A stretch of DNA of 64,000 nucleotides. Origin: Candidatus Marinacidobacterales bacterium (GTDB lineage Bacteria > Acidobacteriota > Vicinamibacteria > Marinacidobacterales > DATDRI01). The stretch lies in the NCBI GenBank assembly GCA_965219415.1, contig OZ244742.1, positions 1,312,001 to 1,376,000 of the forward strand, read 5' to 3'. Made by a program: the position numbers and the translations under genes. Below are positions 21,676 to 31,760 of the stretch, in pieces; the stretch's first letter is position 1, and each line of letters begins with the position of its first letter. Below the pieces are notes generated by a model. It saw only the letters and a program-made list of their open reading frames with translations. It was not told where the DNA came from and did no database searches.

Positions 21676-22167
21676 TCAGCGAAAATCGTCTCGCGCTTGA
21701 ATCTTGGCGTCGAGAAAGTCCGCCTTCGCCAAATGAAGACGGTCCGCGATCTTCCGGACCAGATACTCCTCGTGACCCTGGAGCTCCGCATCGGAGTATG
21801 CGACTTGCCAAAGCAGCTTAACGACGCGCTTCTTTTTCTCCATGGAGAAGTTTTCATCGACGAGGCGGGTGAATTCGTGCAGAGGCGCCGACGCTTTGAC
21901 TTCCTCTGCCGGCAGCCGCACGATTTCGGTGGTCTCCTCAGGTGTTAGCTCGAGAGCGCGTTGGACGGCCCGGTCAACCGCTTCCATCTCGTCCGGTTTG
22001 ATCTGAAAATCCGCGCGCGTCATCTCGATGAAAAGAGCTGCCGTCGCCAACTGGAGCTGGTGTTCTGGCGTAGCGGCGTGGAGACGATCCTCGAAAAACT
22101 GCGTGACCGCTTGGAGCATGTCGACTCGAAGCTCGTCGCCAGGCTGACGGCTTGTTCCACGCGACAC
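21676..22167 (-). CDS. TerB-family protein (start probably ~22119)
   Basis: ATAALFIEMTRADF and LWQVAYSD..HEEYLVRKIADRL motifs. Confidence 0.82.
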   Translation of the reverse strand: MSRGTSRQPGDELRVDMLQAVTQFFEDRLHAATPEHQLQLATAALFIEMTRADFQIKPDEMEAVDRAVQRALELTPEETTEIVRLPAEEVKASAPLHEFTRLVDENFSMEKKKRVVKLLWQVAYSDAELQGHEEYLVRKIADRLHLAKADFLDAKIQARDDFR

Positions 22168-22246
22168 GGTTGGCGCCTCTCGTTCTTTTGAAGTTTATTG
22201 AGGAGTTGAAATATTGTCGCCCGCTCGCCGCAACGAGTCAAACGAC

Positions 22247-25200
22247 TTACTCGGCGCGAAGAGACTCGAGGAGTGGAGAGCGCACCGAGGCGGCCACCGC
22301 GAGAAGAGAGGCAATCACCCCGCTCGCCAGCACGGCGACCAACAGTAGGATGAGAGAAGTGAGTGAAAAGGCTCCGCCCCTCGAGACCAACGCCGGAGCA
22401 ATGGCTACGAGGGCGCACAACGTGCCGGTGGCCAGTCCCCATAAAAGCATCGCCGCGTTCTCCGAAACGACCATGAGTGAGAAGTCGCGAGCGCCGTAAC
22501 CGACGGCCCGCAGCAAAGCGAGCTCGCGGCGTCGCTCCAGGACGTTTCGTAACAGCACGGCACCGAGTCCCAACGTGCCGAGTACTAGGCCGAGTCCGCC
22601 GAGAGTTTGGAATGTGGAGAGGTATGTATTCTCGACGCGATGAAATCCGGCCAAACGCTCGGCGGTGCCGGCAACGTCGAAGCCGAAATCAGCGAGTCCC
22701 TGCTCGAGCGTCTCCGTCACCCTTTCCGTTTCGCTAGCCGGGACATCGAGCAGAAAGAATCGAAAGCCTTCTTGATCGGGGAAAGCCCGCAGGAAGTTCT
22801 GCTCCGACATGAGAAGCTCGCCCTGAAAAACACTGTCCTTGAGCAGGGCGACCAAACGCAGACGAAGGGGTTCTTCCCCCGCACGTTCGAGCAGAAAATC
22901 CTCACCGAGCTTGAGGTGAAGGACGTAGGTCATCGAGTTGGCATCGCCGATGACTGGTATCGCTCGGTCCGTCTCTTCCTTGTGGAGGAGCAACCACGGA
23001 TTGTCTTTTTCCTCCTGCGAGTCGGCCATCGTTCCGGCGAAGGCGAAGCGGGCGCTCTCGATGAGCTCTCGGCTCGGGGCAAGTATCCGAGGGTTTTGCG
23101 GTCGGTAGAGATTCAGACAGCTCGCGTCTTCTCCCGGGCGAGCTCGTAGTGGGAAGAAAAGTAGGTTGGCGAGACTTGGCTCACCGTCGATGCCCAAGGA
23201 TTGTCTCCCTTCGGCGGTATTGGGATCCCAGATCAACGGAAGCAGCGACTCCGCCAGGAGGGAGAACCCTCCGGTTCCTGAGTTCGGACCCATGGAGGCC
23301 TCGCGGTCGTCGCGTCGGAAAGCATCCACTGCGACGATGATGAAGGTGGCGAAGGCGATCAACGCCACGCACAGGAGGCTTCGCCCCGGACGGTAGGAGG
23401 CGTTGCGGAACCCAAGCCGGGATACCGCCCAGGTTCCGGTCCCTGCAAGGAGCTCCCCTCCGCCACTCGCCAACCGTGTCCAAAGGTATGCGAGCGCTGC
23501 CACCAGGAGGAGCGTGCCGGCTCCAAAGAAACCCGCCACCTGACTCAGAGAGCCGGACCACGCTCCGATGAGTAGCCCGAATGCTGCCAGCGTGCTAGCG
23601 CCACTGAGAAGCAAGACCTTTCGTCGGTTGGAAGGCGTGGTAGCTGAATCGAGCACGGCCCCCGTCAGCAGACTACGGGGTGTCATGGCTTGAACGCAGC
23701 GGAGCGTCCAGGAGATTCCCAGAGTGGCCGCGAGGATACCCCCGAGCCCACCAAGTGCCAGCCACTTGGTGGAAGCGTGCAGGGTCAGGAGCTCGGTGCC
23801 CACCGCATCGACCCACCAGGTCCTGAGTCCGAACATGATGAGCTTCGCGTAGGCCACCGCCCCGACCACGCCGATGAGGCTTCCCATGGCTGCGAGGACC
23901 ATCCCCTCTCTCAGGAAAATTCTGCGGATCTTGGCCAAGGTAAAGCCTAAGGCAAACAAGATGCCGATCTCCGGGAGTCGTTGCTCGACACCAAGCCGAA
24001 AGAAAAGCCCGGTCAGCAATAGCGCCGAAACCACCAGGAAGAAGCTGAAGTAAACGAAGTACTCGCCGAAATCCGTCGTCCCGCGCGAGGCGCGAAGGCC
24101 TTGGGCGCGAGCCGGGTAGATCGACAACCCCGTTTGGATGGGGTCGATGCTTTCTCGGAGACGTGTCTCGAAGGAATCGAGCGTGGATTCGAGATCTTCC
24201 ATCCCGGCCTCAGGAAAGACACGGATCGAAGTGAGCGCGCCGTATCGACTCCGCCACAACCTCTGCCCAGCGGCAAGTGGGATGAACGCCTTTGGGGTCG
24301 TGCGATAGAGATCCCAGTACTCTTCGTCCCGGTCACGAATCTGATCGAGATCGATGGGAAAAGGCGGATCCCAGTCAGAAAGAGCATCCGACTCCGTAAT
24401 GCCCGGGTAGGTCGGGGCCAAATCCGGGTCGCCCGCCGCCCCTTCGATCGGCACGATGCCCACGATTTGGAAATCCGCGTACCGGCTCTCGAGGCGACCC
24501 TCGTCCTCCCAAAAGTAATACTCGAGCGTCAAGGAATCGCCAAGGCGCACCCCCAAGTCACGGGCCGCCCAATCGTTGATGACGATCGGTCGCTCGGTCG
24601 ACCCTTCGGGCAATGGCACTCTCTCGGCAACTTCTTGAAGACTGTTGAACGCTTCCGGATCCAGGGCGCTCACTAGCGAATATGGAATCGCGGCGGGACC
24701 GGAGCGGATGCTATTCGCCAGATAGGTATAGATGAAGGATGTGTCCAGGCCGAGCTCGGCAGATGCCATTTGCGCGGCAATCGCCAGACGGTCGCTGAGA
24801 AGGATTTGCCCACTTTCGAGAGAGAGGCAGTGTGCTGCTTCGAGGGCGCGGAGCCGGATGCCCACATCCGCGAGCCGGAAAGTCCCCTTGAGAATCCTAG
24901 CCAGCGTGGCGTCCCTATCGGTCGAAGCGGTGGTGTCGTCTTGGCTCGAGACCAGCAGGGTGTTGACCTTGCCTTCCTGGCCGAGGTCTCTTTGGAGGCG
25001 CTCCAAGGGAACGAAAAGCGCACGGACCCTGCCCTGCTGGGGGTAGAGAGCGAACTCGCTCACGCCAGAGTCGATGGGAAGCCCTTCCGTGGCCTTTAGC
25101 CGGATGGTTCGCCCCTGTTGCCCTCTTCGGCCATGGAGGAACTCCCCCGGCACCTCGTAGGGCTGCTCGACTCTCAAGAGAATCGTGTCTCCAGGGGTGC

Positions 25201-25639
25201 TATTCAACTCAAGTGCCAGGCGTTTGGTGAGAACCGCGTCCCGGCCAGCCGGGGGTGCTGGGGAGTTAGGCTCGAGGCCTTGGAAGGCCCAGAAGCGGTC
25301 GTCGACCCCGTACACCTGGACGCGCGAGCTCCGCCGACCGCTCTTCTCGTGTATGACGAACCCCTTGAGCGCAATCAGGGGGCTGGCTTCTCGGAATGTA
25401 GCGCGAAAGTCTTGATGCGCCTGGATCTCGTCCGTCAGGTCCTCCTCGAAGAAATCGAGGGACGAGATGACGTACTCGACGTTGCCAAGCCGGCCAAGAA
25501 ATAGGCTGCGGAGACTCACCCGGACGGACTCCCCGACCAGTAGCGCGCCCGCCAACACCGCCACCGCCGTCGCCACCCCCCAAATGACGGCGAGGTGAGT
25601 CCGCCAGTAGTACTTGAGGCTGCGCGTCAGGAGTGTCAT
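22247..25639 (-). CDS. Large FtsX/MacB/LolCE-like ABC permease
   Basis: Duplicated FtsX C-terminal motifs (EQRLPEIGILFALGF; ERRRELALLRAVGY) and large extracytoplasmic loops. Confidence 0.9.
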   Translation of the reverse strand: MTLLTRSLKYYWRTHLAVIWGVATAVAVLAGALLVGESVRVSLRSLFLGRLGNVEYVISSLDFFEEDLTDEIQAHQDFRATFREASPLIALKGFVIHEKSGRRSSRVQVYGVDDRFWAFQGLEPNSPAPPAGRDAVLTKRLALELNSTPGDTILLRVEQPYEVPGEFLHGRRGQQGRTIRLKATEGLPIDSGVSEFALYPQQGRVRALFVPLERLQRDLGQEGKVNTLLVSSQDDTTASTDRDATLARILKGTFRLADVGIRLRALEAAHCLSLESGQILLSDRLAIAAQMASAELGLDTSFIYTYLANSIRSGPAAIPYSLVSALDPEAFNSLQEVAERVPLPEGSTERPIVINDWAARDLGVRLGDSLTLEYYFWEDEGRLESRYADFQIVGIVPIEGAAGDPDLAPTYPGITESDALSDWDPPFPIDLDQIRDRDEEYWDLYRTTPKAFIPLAAGQRLWRSRYGALTSIRVFPEAGMEDLESTLDSFETRLRESIDPIQTGLSIYPARAQGLRASRGTTDFGEYFVYFSFFLVVSALLLTGLFFRLGVEQRLPEIGILFALGFTLAKIRRIFLREGMVLAAMGSLIGVVGAVAYAKLIMFGLRTWWVDAVGTELLTLHASTKWLALGGLGGILAATLGISWTLRCVQAMTPRSLLTGAVLDSATTPSNRRKVLLLSGASTLAAFGLLIGAWSGSLSQVAGFFGAGTLLLVAALAYLWTRLASGGGELLAGTGTWAVSRLGFRNASYRPGRSLLCVALIAFATFIIVAVDAFRRDDREASMGPNSGTGGFSLLAESLLPLIWDPNTAEGRQSLGIDGEPSLANLLFFPLRARPGEDASCLNLYRPQNPRILAPSRELIESARFAFAGTMADSQEEKDNPWLLLHKEETDRAIPVIGDANSMTYVLHLKLGEDFLLERAGEEPLRLRLVALLKDSVFQGELLMSEQNFLRAFPDQEGFRFFLLDVPASETERVTETLEQGLADFGFDVAGTAERLAGFHRVENTYLSTFQTLGGLGLVLGTLGLGAVLLRNVLERRRELALLRAVGYGARDFSLMVVSENAAMLLWGLATGTLCALVAIAPALVSRGGAFSLTSLILLLVAVLASGVIASLLAVAASVRSPLLESLRAE

Positions 25640-25677
25640 TCGATTTCGTACAAGTGCCACCCACTTGGTGACCGCCG

Positions 25678-26382
25678 CTAATTACGCTGGGTGAGCTTCC
25701 CCCCGACCAGTTGCAACCGCTGGGGGAACCGTGTGGCCAGCTCGGCGCTATGGGTGACGACGATCAAAATCCTCCTGTCTCGAGCGCCAAGCTCTAGTAA
25801 CAAAGAAGCCACGGCCTCCGCCGAACGTGGATCCAGATTTCCGGTCGGCTCATCGCAAAGCAACAAATTTGGGTCTCGGATCAGAGCGCGTGCAACTGCG
25901 ACTCGCTGTTTCTCCCCCCCCGAAAGCTCAGAGGGTCGATGGTCGATACGATCCGTGAGGCCCACCTGATCGACAAGGCGTCTAGCGCGCTCCGGATAGT
26001 CCTGCTCAGGCGGAGCAACCAGAGTGGGAGTCAAAACGTTCTCGAGGACCGAACATTGAGGCAGCAGGTGGTGGTCTTGGAATACGAAACCCACCTCTTC
26101 GTTTCGAAAGGAGGCGATCTCCTTGACGTCGAGATCATAGGGATTGCGGCCTCCGAGTCGTACAGTACCGGAAGTGGGCGGTTCGAGCGCGCCGAGAATA
26201 TAAAGCAGGGTGCTCTTGCCACCGCCTGATGGTCCCATGATCGAAACCGCGGCGCCCAGAGACAGTGAAAGATCCACCCCCGCCAGTACGGAAAGCTCAC
26301 CCCGCGGCCCGGGATATTTTTTCTTCAGATCTTTAACTTCGAGAAGCGGGGTCGTCCGATCTCGGTGAGGGTCGACGCTCAA
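25678..26382 (-). CDS. ABC transporter ATP-binding protein (LolD-like)
   Basis: GPSGGGKST, LSGGEKQRVAVARAL, CDEPTGNLD; TTG start overlaps upstream stop. Confidence 0.92.
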   Translation of the reverse strand: MSVDPHRDRTTPLLEVKDLKKKYPGPRGELSVLAGVDLSLSLGAAVSIMGPSGGGKSTLLYILGALEPPTSGTVRLGGRNPYDLDVKEIASFRNEEVGFVFQDHHLLPQCSVLENVLTPTLVAPPEQDYPERARRLVDQVGLTDRIDHRPSELSGGEKQRVAVARALIRDPNLLLCDEPTGNLDPRSAEAVASLLLELGARDRRILIVVTHSAELATRFPQRLQLVGGKLTQRN

Positions 26383-27812
26383 GATGGTGCATCCTGAAAC
26401 GCGCGGGCTCGGTACAAGAAGTCGATGATGTTGCCCTCGTGAGGTTGGAGCCAATTGAGGCGGATGGTGGGAACCGGCCCGAGGTTCAAGCGGTCGATCT
26501 GTGTAGTGTCCAGTAATGCACGCCGAAAACCAACGTCCTCGGTGATGACGCTGCCTACCAACGTCCCTCCAATTGAAGCAAGCATTCTTTCCTGCGGACA
26601 TTCCACGACCGACACGAACGGAAACATGTATTCCTTGTTTGCTAGGGGATTCTCCACTGACTCGCAATGTATGACGGTTGGGCGAAGATAGTCACAGCGC
26701 TCACGTTTGACGAGACGGCCTTCGTCTCCACCTCGATATCTAGCCGTTACGTCCTCCGCTCCCGGACTTTCCAGGCCGCCGTCGATCTCTTCGGAGATCG
26801 CTTGCGCAACTCCCGGCACGGTGAAAGAGGCGAGTGCGCTTTCTGGGTCGTCGGGCGGATGGGGAGCGATCGGCCCGAGCCGTTTGGCAAGTGCCTCGGC
26901 GATCTCCTTCGTATGTCTCGAGGCCCAAACACCGGAACAACTGATGCAGCTACGGCCGCTGTTGATCAGCACGCTATCCGCCATCACATCCAGGTATCTC
27001 TCCCACTCGTCCACCTTGTCATCGCCAAGAAGGATCTTGCTGAAACCCGGCCCGTGTACCTGCACGCCTGGGTTGCCCTTGTATCGGTCTACGGTCGGTG
27101 TGCCACCGAAGATCAAACTTCGAGGACAGCTAGCCACCACTGCCGCCCCAACGTCCCCGAGACCCGGGTAGACCGAGATGGCTTCCTTGGGGATACCTGC
27201 CTCGAAAAAGGCCTGAGACATACGATACGGAGTCCAAGGTTCTTGAGGCCCCGGTTTGAACACCAAGCCGATCTGGAGAGGGATCACTGGTAGCCACAAA
27301 GTGTGGACACCCGGGGAGTTCGAAGGCAGAACTAACCCGAGAACAGGTGACTCGGCCTGATAACTCAGCGGGACGCCGCGGCCCTCGACTCCGTACCCTT
27401 GACTCAGTATCGAGAGATCTAAACCCCGAGTCAGGGCATCCAGAATCTCTTCCATATGCGTAAGAACGAAGTAGTTCTTTTCCATGTTGGAACGACACAT
27501 GTGCTCCGGGAGGCCAGTGGTCGCGGATTGGTGGTAGACAAACTGCTCGGGCGTTTGGCTTCCATCCCCCAGAGGAAGTTCCGCCGACCGATAGAGCTCG
27601 GCAGCTTTTTTCACCATTGAGATCAAGTCGCCTATAGGGATCTCCCGTAATACGTCCCGCGCACGTTGCGCTCGACGCATATCGCGCTGCACCAGGCCAG
27701 GGTTCGCCTGGCTCACCTTCGCGAGCTCTTCACCGGTTTGAAAGTGAACGACCGTCTGCACCTCCAGGCTGGTGTACGGCTTGCCCCAACGAAGTACCGG
27801 AATGTTGATCAT
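26379..27812 (-). CDS. Aldehyde-dehydrogenase-superfamily acyl reductase (EhpG/GriD/LuxC-like)
   Basis: PSNSP, FGG, VHGPGFSK in place of ELGG, catalytic region NSGRSCISCS, EYMFP. Confidence 0.8.
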   Translation of the reverse strand: MINIPVLRWGKPYTSLEVQTVVHFQTGEELAKVSQANPGLVQRDMRRAQRARDVLREIPIGDLISMVKKAAELYRSAELPLGDGSQTPEQFVYHQSATTGLPEHMCRSNMEKNYFVLTHMEEILDALTRGLDLSILSQGYGVEGRGVPLSYQAESPVLGLVLPSNSPGVHTLWLPVIPLQIGLVFKPGPQEPWTPYRMSQAFFEAGIPKEAISVYPGLGDVGAAVVASCPRSLIFGGTPTVDRYKGNPGVQVHGPGFSKILLGDDKVDEWERYLDVMADSVLINSGRSCISCSGVWASRHTKEIAEALAKRLGPIAPHPPDDPESALASFTVPGVAQAISEEIDGGLESPGAEDVTARYRGGDEGRLVKRERCDYLRPTVIHCESVENPLANKEYMFPFVSVVECPQERMLASIGGTLVGSVITEDVGFRRALLDTTQIDRLNLGPVPTIRLNWLQPHEGNIIDFLYRARAFQDAPS

Positions 27813-27825
27813 GCCGCCCTCGATC

Positions 27826-28926
27826 TCAATAGACCCCTACCGTGGTGGTGGCCGCTAGCTTTTGGTAAGGGCGTACTCCGCTGACTCCATCCCAGGGGTA
27901 ACCTTGATGCGGTGCCTCCCTTTCCCCTTCGTCACGCTCGAGAAAGCCGGGGACGAAGAACTCTTTCGTCAAAGTCGTGAGCTTCACGCGGCCCGTCTCT
28001 CCGTAGTCAACGACTCGCTCGGGGGCGTCCGAATCTACGACCTCGATGACGGCACGCGGTTGCGGTGGATAGTATGTGATCTTGTAGTCGTCGTCCGGTC
28101 CAACCGGCTTGGAGGCAGCCAGTCCCATCAACGTGTTCCCGTACGTTGGCGTGATGTAAACGCCGTCGAGAAGCTCCTCGACGGCAAACCTTGTCCACTG
28201 CGGCGTGAACTCGGTACCTCCCGAAAAGATTCCGGTGATACCCGTTTCTTTTATGCTCGAGCCTTGGTCTTCCAGCGCTAGCGCGAGCGTTTCCAGAAGC
28301 TTGGGTGTCGTAAACAAACACCGGATCTCGTGGCCAGCACTCAAGGTCGTGAGCGCTTGTTCGATCACATGCGCCTTGTAGGCTTCGAGCTGGTCGGTCC
28401 AACCTTTGTTGATCAGTTTGATGACCCACCGCGGATCGAGATCGACACAGAAGCAAATGCCGCCCCGATGCTGCGCCAAGTGTTCCACTGCTAGCCGCAA
28501 TCGACGCGGCCCAGAGGGGCCGAGCATCAGCCAGTTGGCCCCCTTGGGGAAGTACTTCTCTGGAAGGGATTGACTGAATAGCTCATAGTCAGTACGAAAG
28601 TCATCGATGGCGATCCGGCTTTTCGGGATCCCCGTGGTGCCCCCAGTCTCGAAAACAAAGATGGGTCGATCGGCATACGCCTTGGGCACCCAACGGCGAA
28701 CCGGCCCCCCCCGAAGCCACTCGTCCTCGAAACGCGGGAAGCGTCGGAGATCCTCGAAGACCTTGATGTGCTGCCTCGGAGCAAAGTCCAATTTTCCTGC
28801 GAATTCGAGCCAGAACGGCGATCCCGTCTCCGGGTTGAAATGCCACTCCACGATCTCCCTCACATGCAGGTCGAGCGACTCCTTCGCCCCTCGGACTCTC
28901 GCGTCAATCGCTAACCCCTGACTCAC
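27826..28926 (-). CDS. EhpF/GriC-like adenylate-forming-fold protein
   Basis: WHFNPETGSPFWL, ETGGTTGIPK, DLDPRWV, FTTP, GGTE, YGNT, ERD and terminal GVY, matching the recalled EhpF pattern. Confidence 0.8.
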   Translation of the reverse strand: MSQGLAIDARVRGAKESLDLHVREIVEWHFNPETGSPFWLEFAGKLDFAPRQHIKVFEDLRRFPRFEDEWLRGGPVRRWVPKAYADRPIFVFETGGTTGIPKSRIAIDDFRTDYELFSQSLPEKYFPKGANWLMLGPSGPRRLRLAVEHLAQHRGGICFCVDLDPRWVIKLINKGWTDQLEAYKAHVIEQALTTLSAGHEIRCLFTTPKLLETLALALEDQGSSIKETGITGIFSGGTEFTPQWTRFAVEELLDGVYITPTYGNTLMGLAASKPVGPDDDYKITYYPPQPRAVIEVVDSDAPERVVDYGETGRVKLTTLTKEFFVPGFLERDEGEREAPHQGYPWDGVSGVRPYQKLAATTTVGVY

Positions 28927-28938
28927 TGCGTTCGACTC

Positions 28939-30276
28939 CTATTCCGCTCGTATAGCTTGCTCTTGCAAATCGGCTTGTCGGCGGTCCGATTTCGGAAGAT
29001 GGCTTTCGTACACCTCAAGGGTGCGTCGGGCCTCCTGCTCGACACTGTAGTGCTCGTGAACACCGTGACGCCCGTTGCGACCCAATTCTTTCGCTAAATC
29101 GGGATCCTCCCGAATTGTGACGATCCCCTCGGCCACGCGGGTGCCGTCTTCGGAATCGACCAGAATCCCGCCGCCTGTTTTCTCTAGTATCTCTGGAAAA
29201 GCCCCGTGGCGGGGCTGTACGACCGGAACGCCGCAGGCCATTGCCTCCAACAGGTACATACCCTTCGGTTCCTTGTAGCCGCTGGGCACGGAGAGAACGT
29301 CCAGACCCTGCAGGAACTCAACCTTACCCGCGCGGTCGAGAGTTCCGTGGTATCGGAACTCCCCGTCGAGTCCCCAGTCGCGCATTTGTTGCTCGATACC
29401 TCGGAGGTAGGCACGGTGCTCCGGCCCCAAATAACCCGCGACCTCGAGCCGCGCGTCCGTCGAGCCACTGTCTTTGCGGAGGCGGCGGTAGGCCTCGACG
29501 AGGTTGTGCAATCCTTTCTCCGGCGCCACTCGTGCGAAGTATCCAATGGTGAAAGGCCCCGTCCGAGAACGTGGCCGAGTCTCATAGCCCTTCAGATTGA
29601 TGCCCAAGGGAACCACGTACATTTTCTCCTCGGGAACCTGGAGGTAGTCCGCCATGAATCCTGCGTAATAGTCGCTCACTGCAACGAATCCGTCGACGTG
29701 CTGGATGCTCTCTCTAATCAACTCGAGCGCTCTCGCCTTGTAAGGCTCTCGTAACCCCTCGATAAAGAGATCCTCGCCTTGAAGGGTGCAAAACACCAGG
29801 CGGTTCACGGCCTTTTTGATGGGCGCGGCCAACCCGATGAGGAGCGAGTTGGGAAGGTTGATGACGTCGGGTCTCGGTTGGTTCTCGAGCCAGTGCAGGA
29901 GTTTCTGCAGTTCCTTATGATGGACGCCAGCTTCGCCCGCGAGCATCGAGATGGTGAGTTCTCCGAGAAGAGCAGGGTCGGTCGATACGGAAAAGCGCAT
30001 TGCGGTTTTGATGGCGAGGGAGGAATCCCAGAGCCGATCGAGCAGCCAAGGCGTCTTGCGGAAGATCGGCACGTACTGCTGGAGATAGACGCTCACTCCG
30101 CCGAAGAGGACTTTGCTTTCGCTGACGTTGGTCTCGTCGGTCAGAGTCGGCGTGTAGACCGGCAGCAGAACAACGCTATGCCCCAGCGACTTGAGCTCCG
30201 CGGCTAATGCGTTGTCGCGGAGGCAGCTACCGCAATACATCCCGCCCGCACCGGCGGTTATGAAAAGAATCTGCAT
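28939..30276 (-). CDS. Glycosyltransferase family 4
   Basis: GYFARVAPEKG, EPKGMYLLEAMACGVPVV; N-terminal AGAGGMYCGSC. Confidence 0.9.
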   Translation of the reverse strand: MQILFITAGAGGMYCGSCLRDNALAAELKSLGHSVVLLPVYTPTLTDETNVSESKVLFGGVSVYLQQYVPIFRKTPWLLDRLWDSSLAIKTAMRFSVSTDPALLGELTISMLAGEAGVHHKELQKLLHWLENQPRPDVINLPNSLLIGLAAPIKKAVNRLVFCTLQGEDLFIEGLREPYKARALELIRESIQHVDGFVAVSDYYAGFMADYLQVPEEKMYVVPLGINLKGYETRPRSRTGPFTIGYFARVAPEKGLHNLVEAYRRLRKDSGSTDARLEVAGYLGPEHRAYLRGIEQQMRDWGLDGEFRYHGTLDRAGKVEFLQGLDVLSVPSGYKEPKGMYLLEAMACGVPVVQPRHGAFPEILEKTGGGILVDSEDGTRVAEGIVTIREDPDLAKELGRNGRHGVHEHYSVEQEARRTLEVYESHLPKSDRRQADLQEQAIRAE

Positions 30277-30420
30277 CTTCGAAAGGAATCCTACTGTGCC
30301 CATTCGATCCGCGCAATCCCACCAGGTGCCAGGCGTTTGGTGGCTGGCGGCTACGCTTCGCTGTCTCTATACTGCCCGCAGGCGAGAATTTCCGTGGTTA
30401 GAGGCGTTAGAGGAACGGCT

Positions 30421-30729
30421 TTGATGGTAATTGCCCTCTTCTGGCCTGGGCCTGCCTTCACGAGCGCGCAAACTACTGAGACGGATGGAGAGAAGAAGTC
30501 CCTGAAACAGTTCCTCCACGTCTACGACTACGACCCCCGGGAGCTACACGAGATCTGGCGACAATCAGAGCAGGAGAAGCACCTAACTGGTCCCTTTTGG
30601 CTTGGCGGTTACTACATCCCGCCGAGCCAACAGCCAGGCCCTAACGTGGGCCCTCCGCTACAAATCTGGGGTCGCGGGTTCGGAACTAGTCTGTGGAGGG
30701 ATCCGGTCACCGGCTGGCCCACCCGTTGA
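30421..30729 (+). CDS. Small secreted hypothetical protein
   Basis: Signal-like N-terminus; start uncertain. Confidence 0.45.
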   Translation: MMVIALFWPGPAFTSAQTTETDGEKKSLKQFLHVYDYDPRELHEIWRQSEQEKHLTGPFWLGGYYIPPSQQPGPNVGPPLQIWGRGFGTSLWRDPVTGWPTR

Positions 30730-30792
30730 ACGCGCCCACGCGCCACCCTTTTGTAGGGAGTAGAACGCCAGCTTTTGTCGTCTCCTCTAAGC

Positions 30793-31715
30793 GTGGCAAG
30801 GAGACTTCGCTTCATACCTAAGGGGTACATGGTCGAGGTCGGGAACCGGACCATTCAGGGACGCTTCCTGCTCCGCCCAACCCCTAAGCTCACCGACATC
30901 ATTCTCGGCGTCCTAGGTCGGGCCCAGCGCCTTTATGGCATGAACATTCACGCGTTCGTTTTTCTATCCAATCACTACCACATGCTCGTCTCGCCGACGA
31001 GCACCAAACAACTCGCCGATTTCATGTGTTTCGTGGACACGAACATCGCCAAGGAGGCGGGAAAGCTGGCTAACTGGAAGGGCGCGTTCTGGGCCGGCCG
31101 CTATAGCGCGATCGTTGTGAGCAGCGAAGAGCCGGCGCAAATTGGGCGGCTCCAATACGTTCTTTCCAACGGTTGCAAGGAAGGTTTGGTGGCAAGGGCC
31201 CAAGATTGGACCGGGGCTAGTACCGCATCGGCCCTTATGGAAGGCATGAACACCCTCTCCGGCCATTGGTACGATCGCACCAAAGAGTACCGAGCCCGAC
31301 AGGCAGGTCGAACGGAGCTCTTTGTCGTGCCGGAGACAGTCACGCTCTCGTCCCTACCTTGCTGGGCCCACCTAGAAAGCACAGAGCGCCTCCTTCTCAT
31401 GAGGCAAATGGTTGGGGAAATTGAGGATGCTACCGAGAAAATGCACAGAGAAAATGGTTCTTCGCTATTGGGCATGGACAAGGTTCTTCAACGGCATCCT
31501 CACTCCCGCCCCAAGGACTTCGCCCCTTCCCCGCTCCCCTTTTTCATGTAGCTTCCAAGCGGGTTCGAAGATTGCTCGTAGAGGCCTATTCCACCTTCGC
31601 AGAGAACTATCGCCATGCTGCAGAACGTCTGAAGGCTGGCGATCTCCAAGTTAGTTTCCCCGCCGGAAGTTTCCCTCCTGCTTGCCCGTACATACCAGCA
31701 TCCGGCTTCGGATAG
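30793..31715 (+). CDS. REP-associated tyrosine transposase (RAYT/Y1 HUH family; frameshift in T-run near 31543)
   Basis: MARRLRF start, AFVFLSNHYHML (HUH), FWAGRY, YVLSN; extra T gives a C-terminus ending FPAGSFPP...GFG*. Confidence 0.8.
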
Positions 31716-31760
31716 CACAAATCGCCGGTCGTTACGCTCTGGGACATGGGCGGCCGGACA

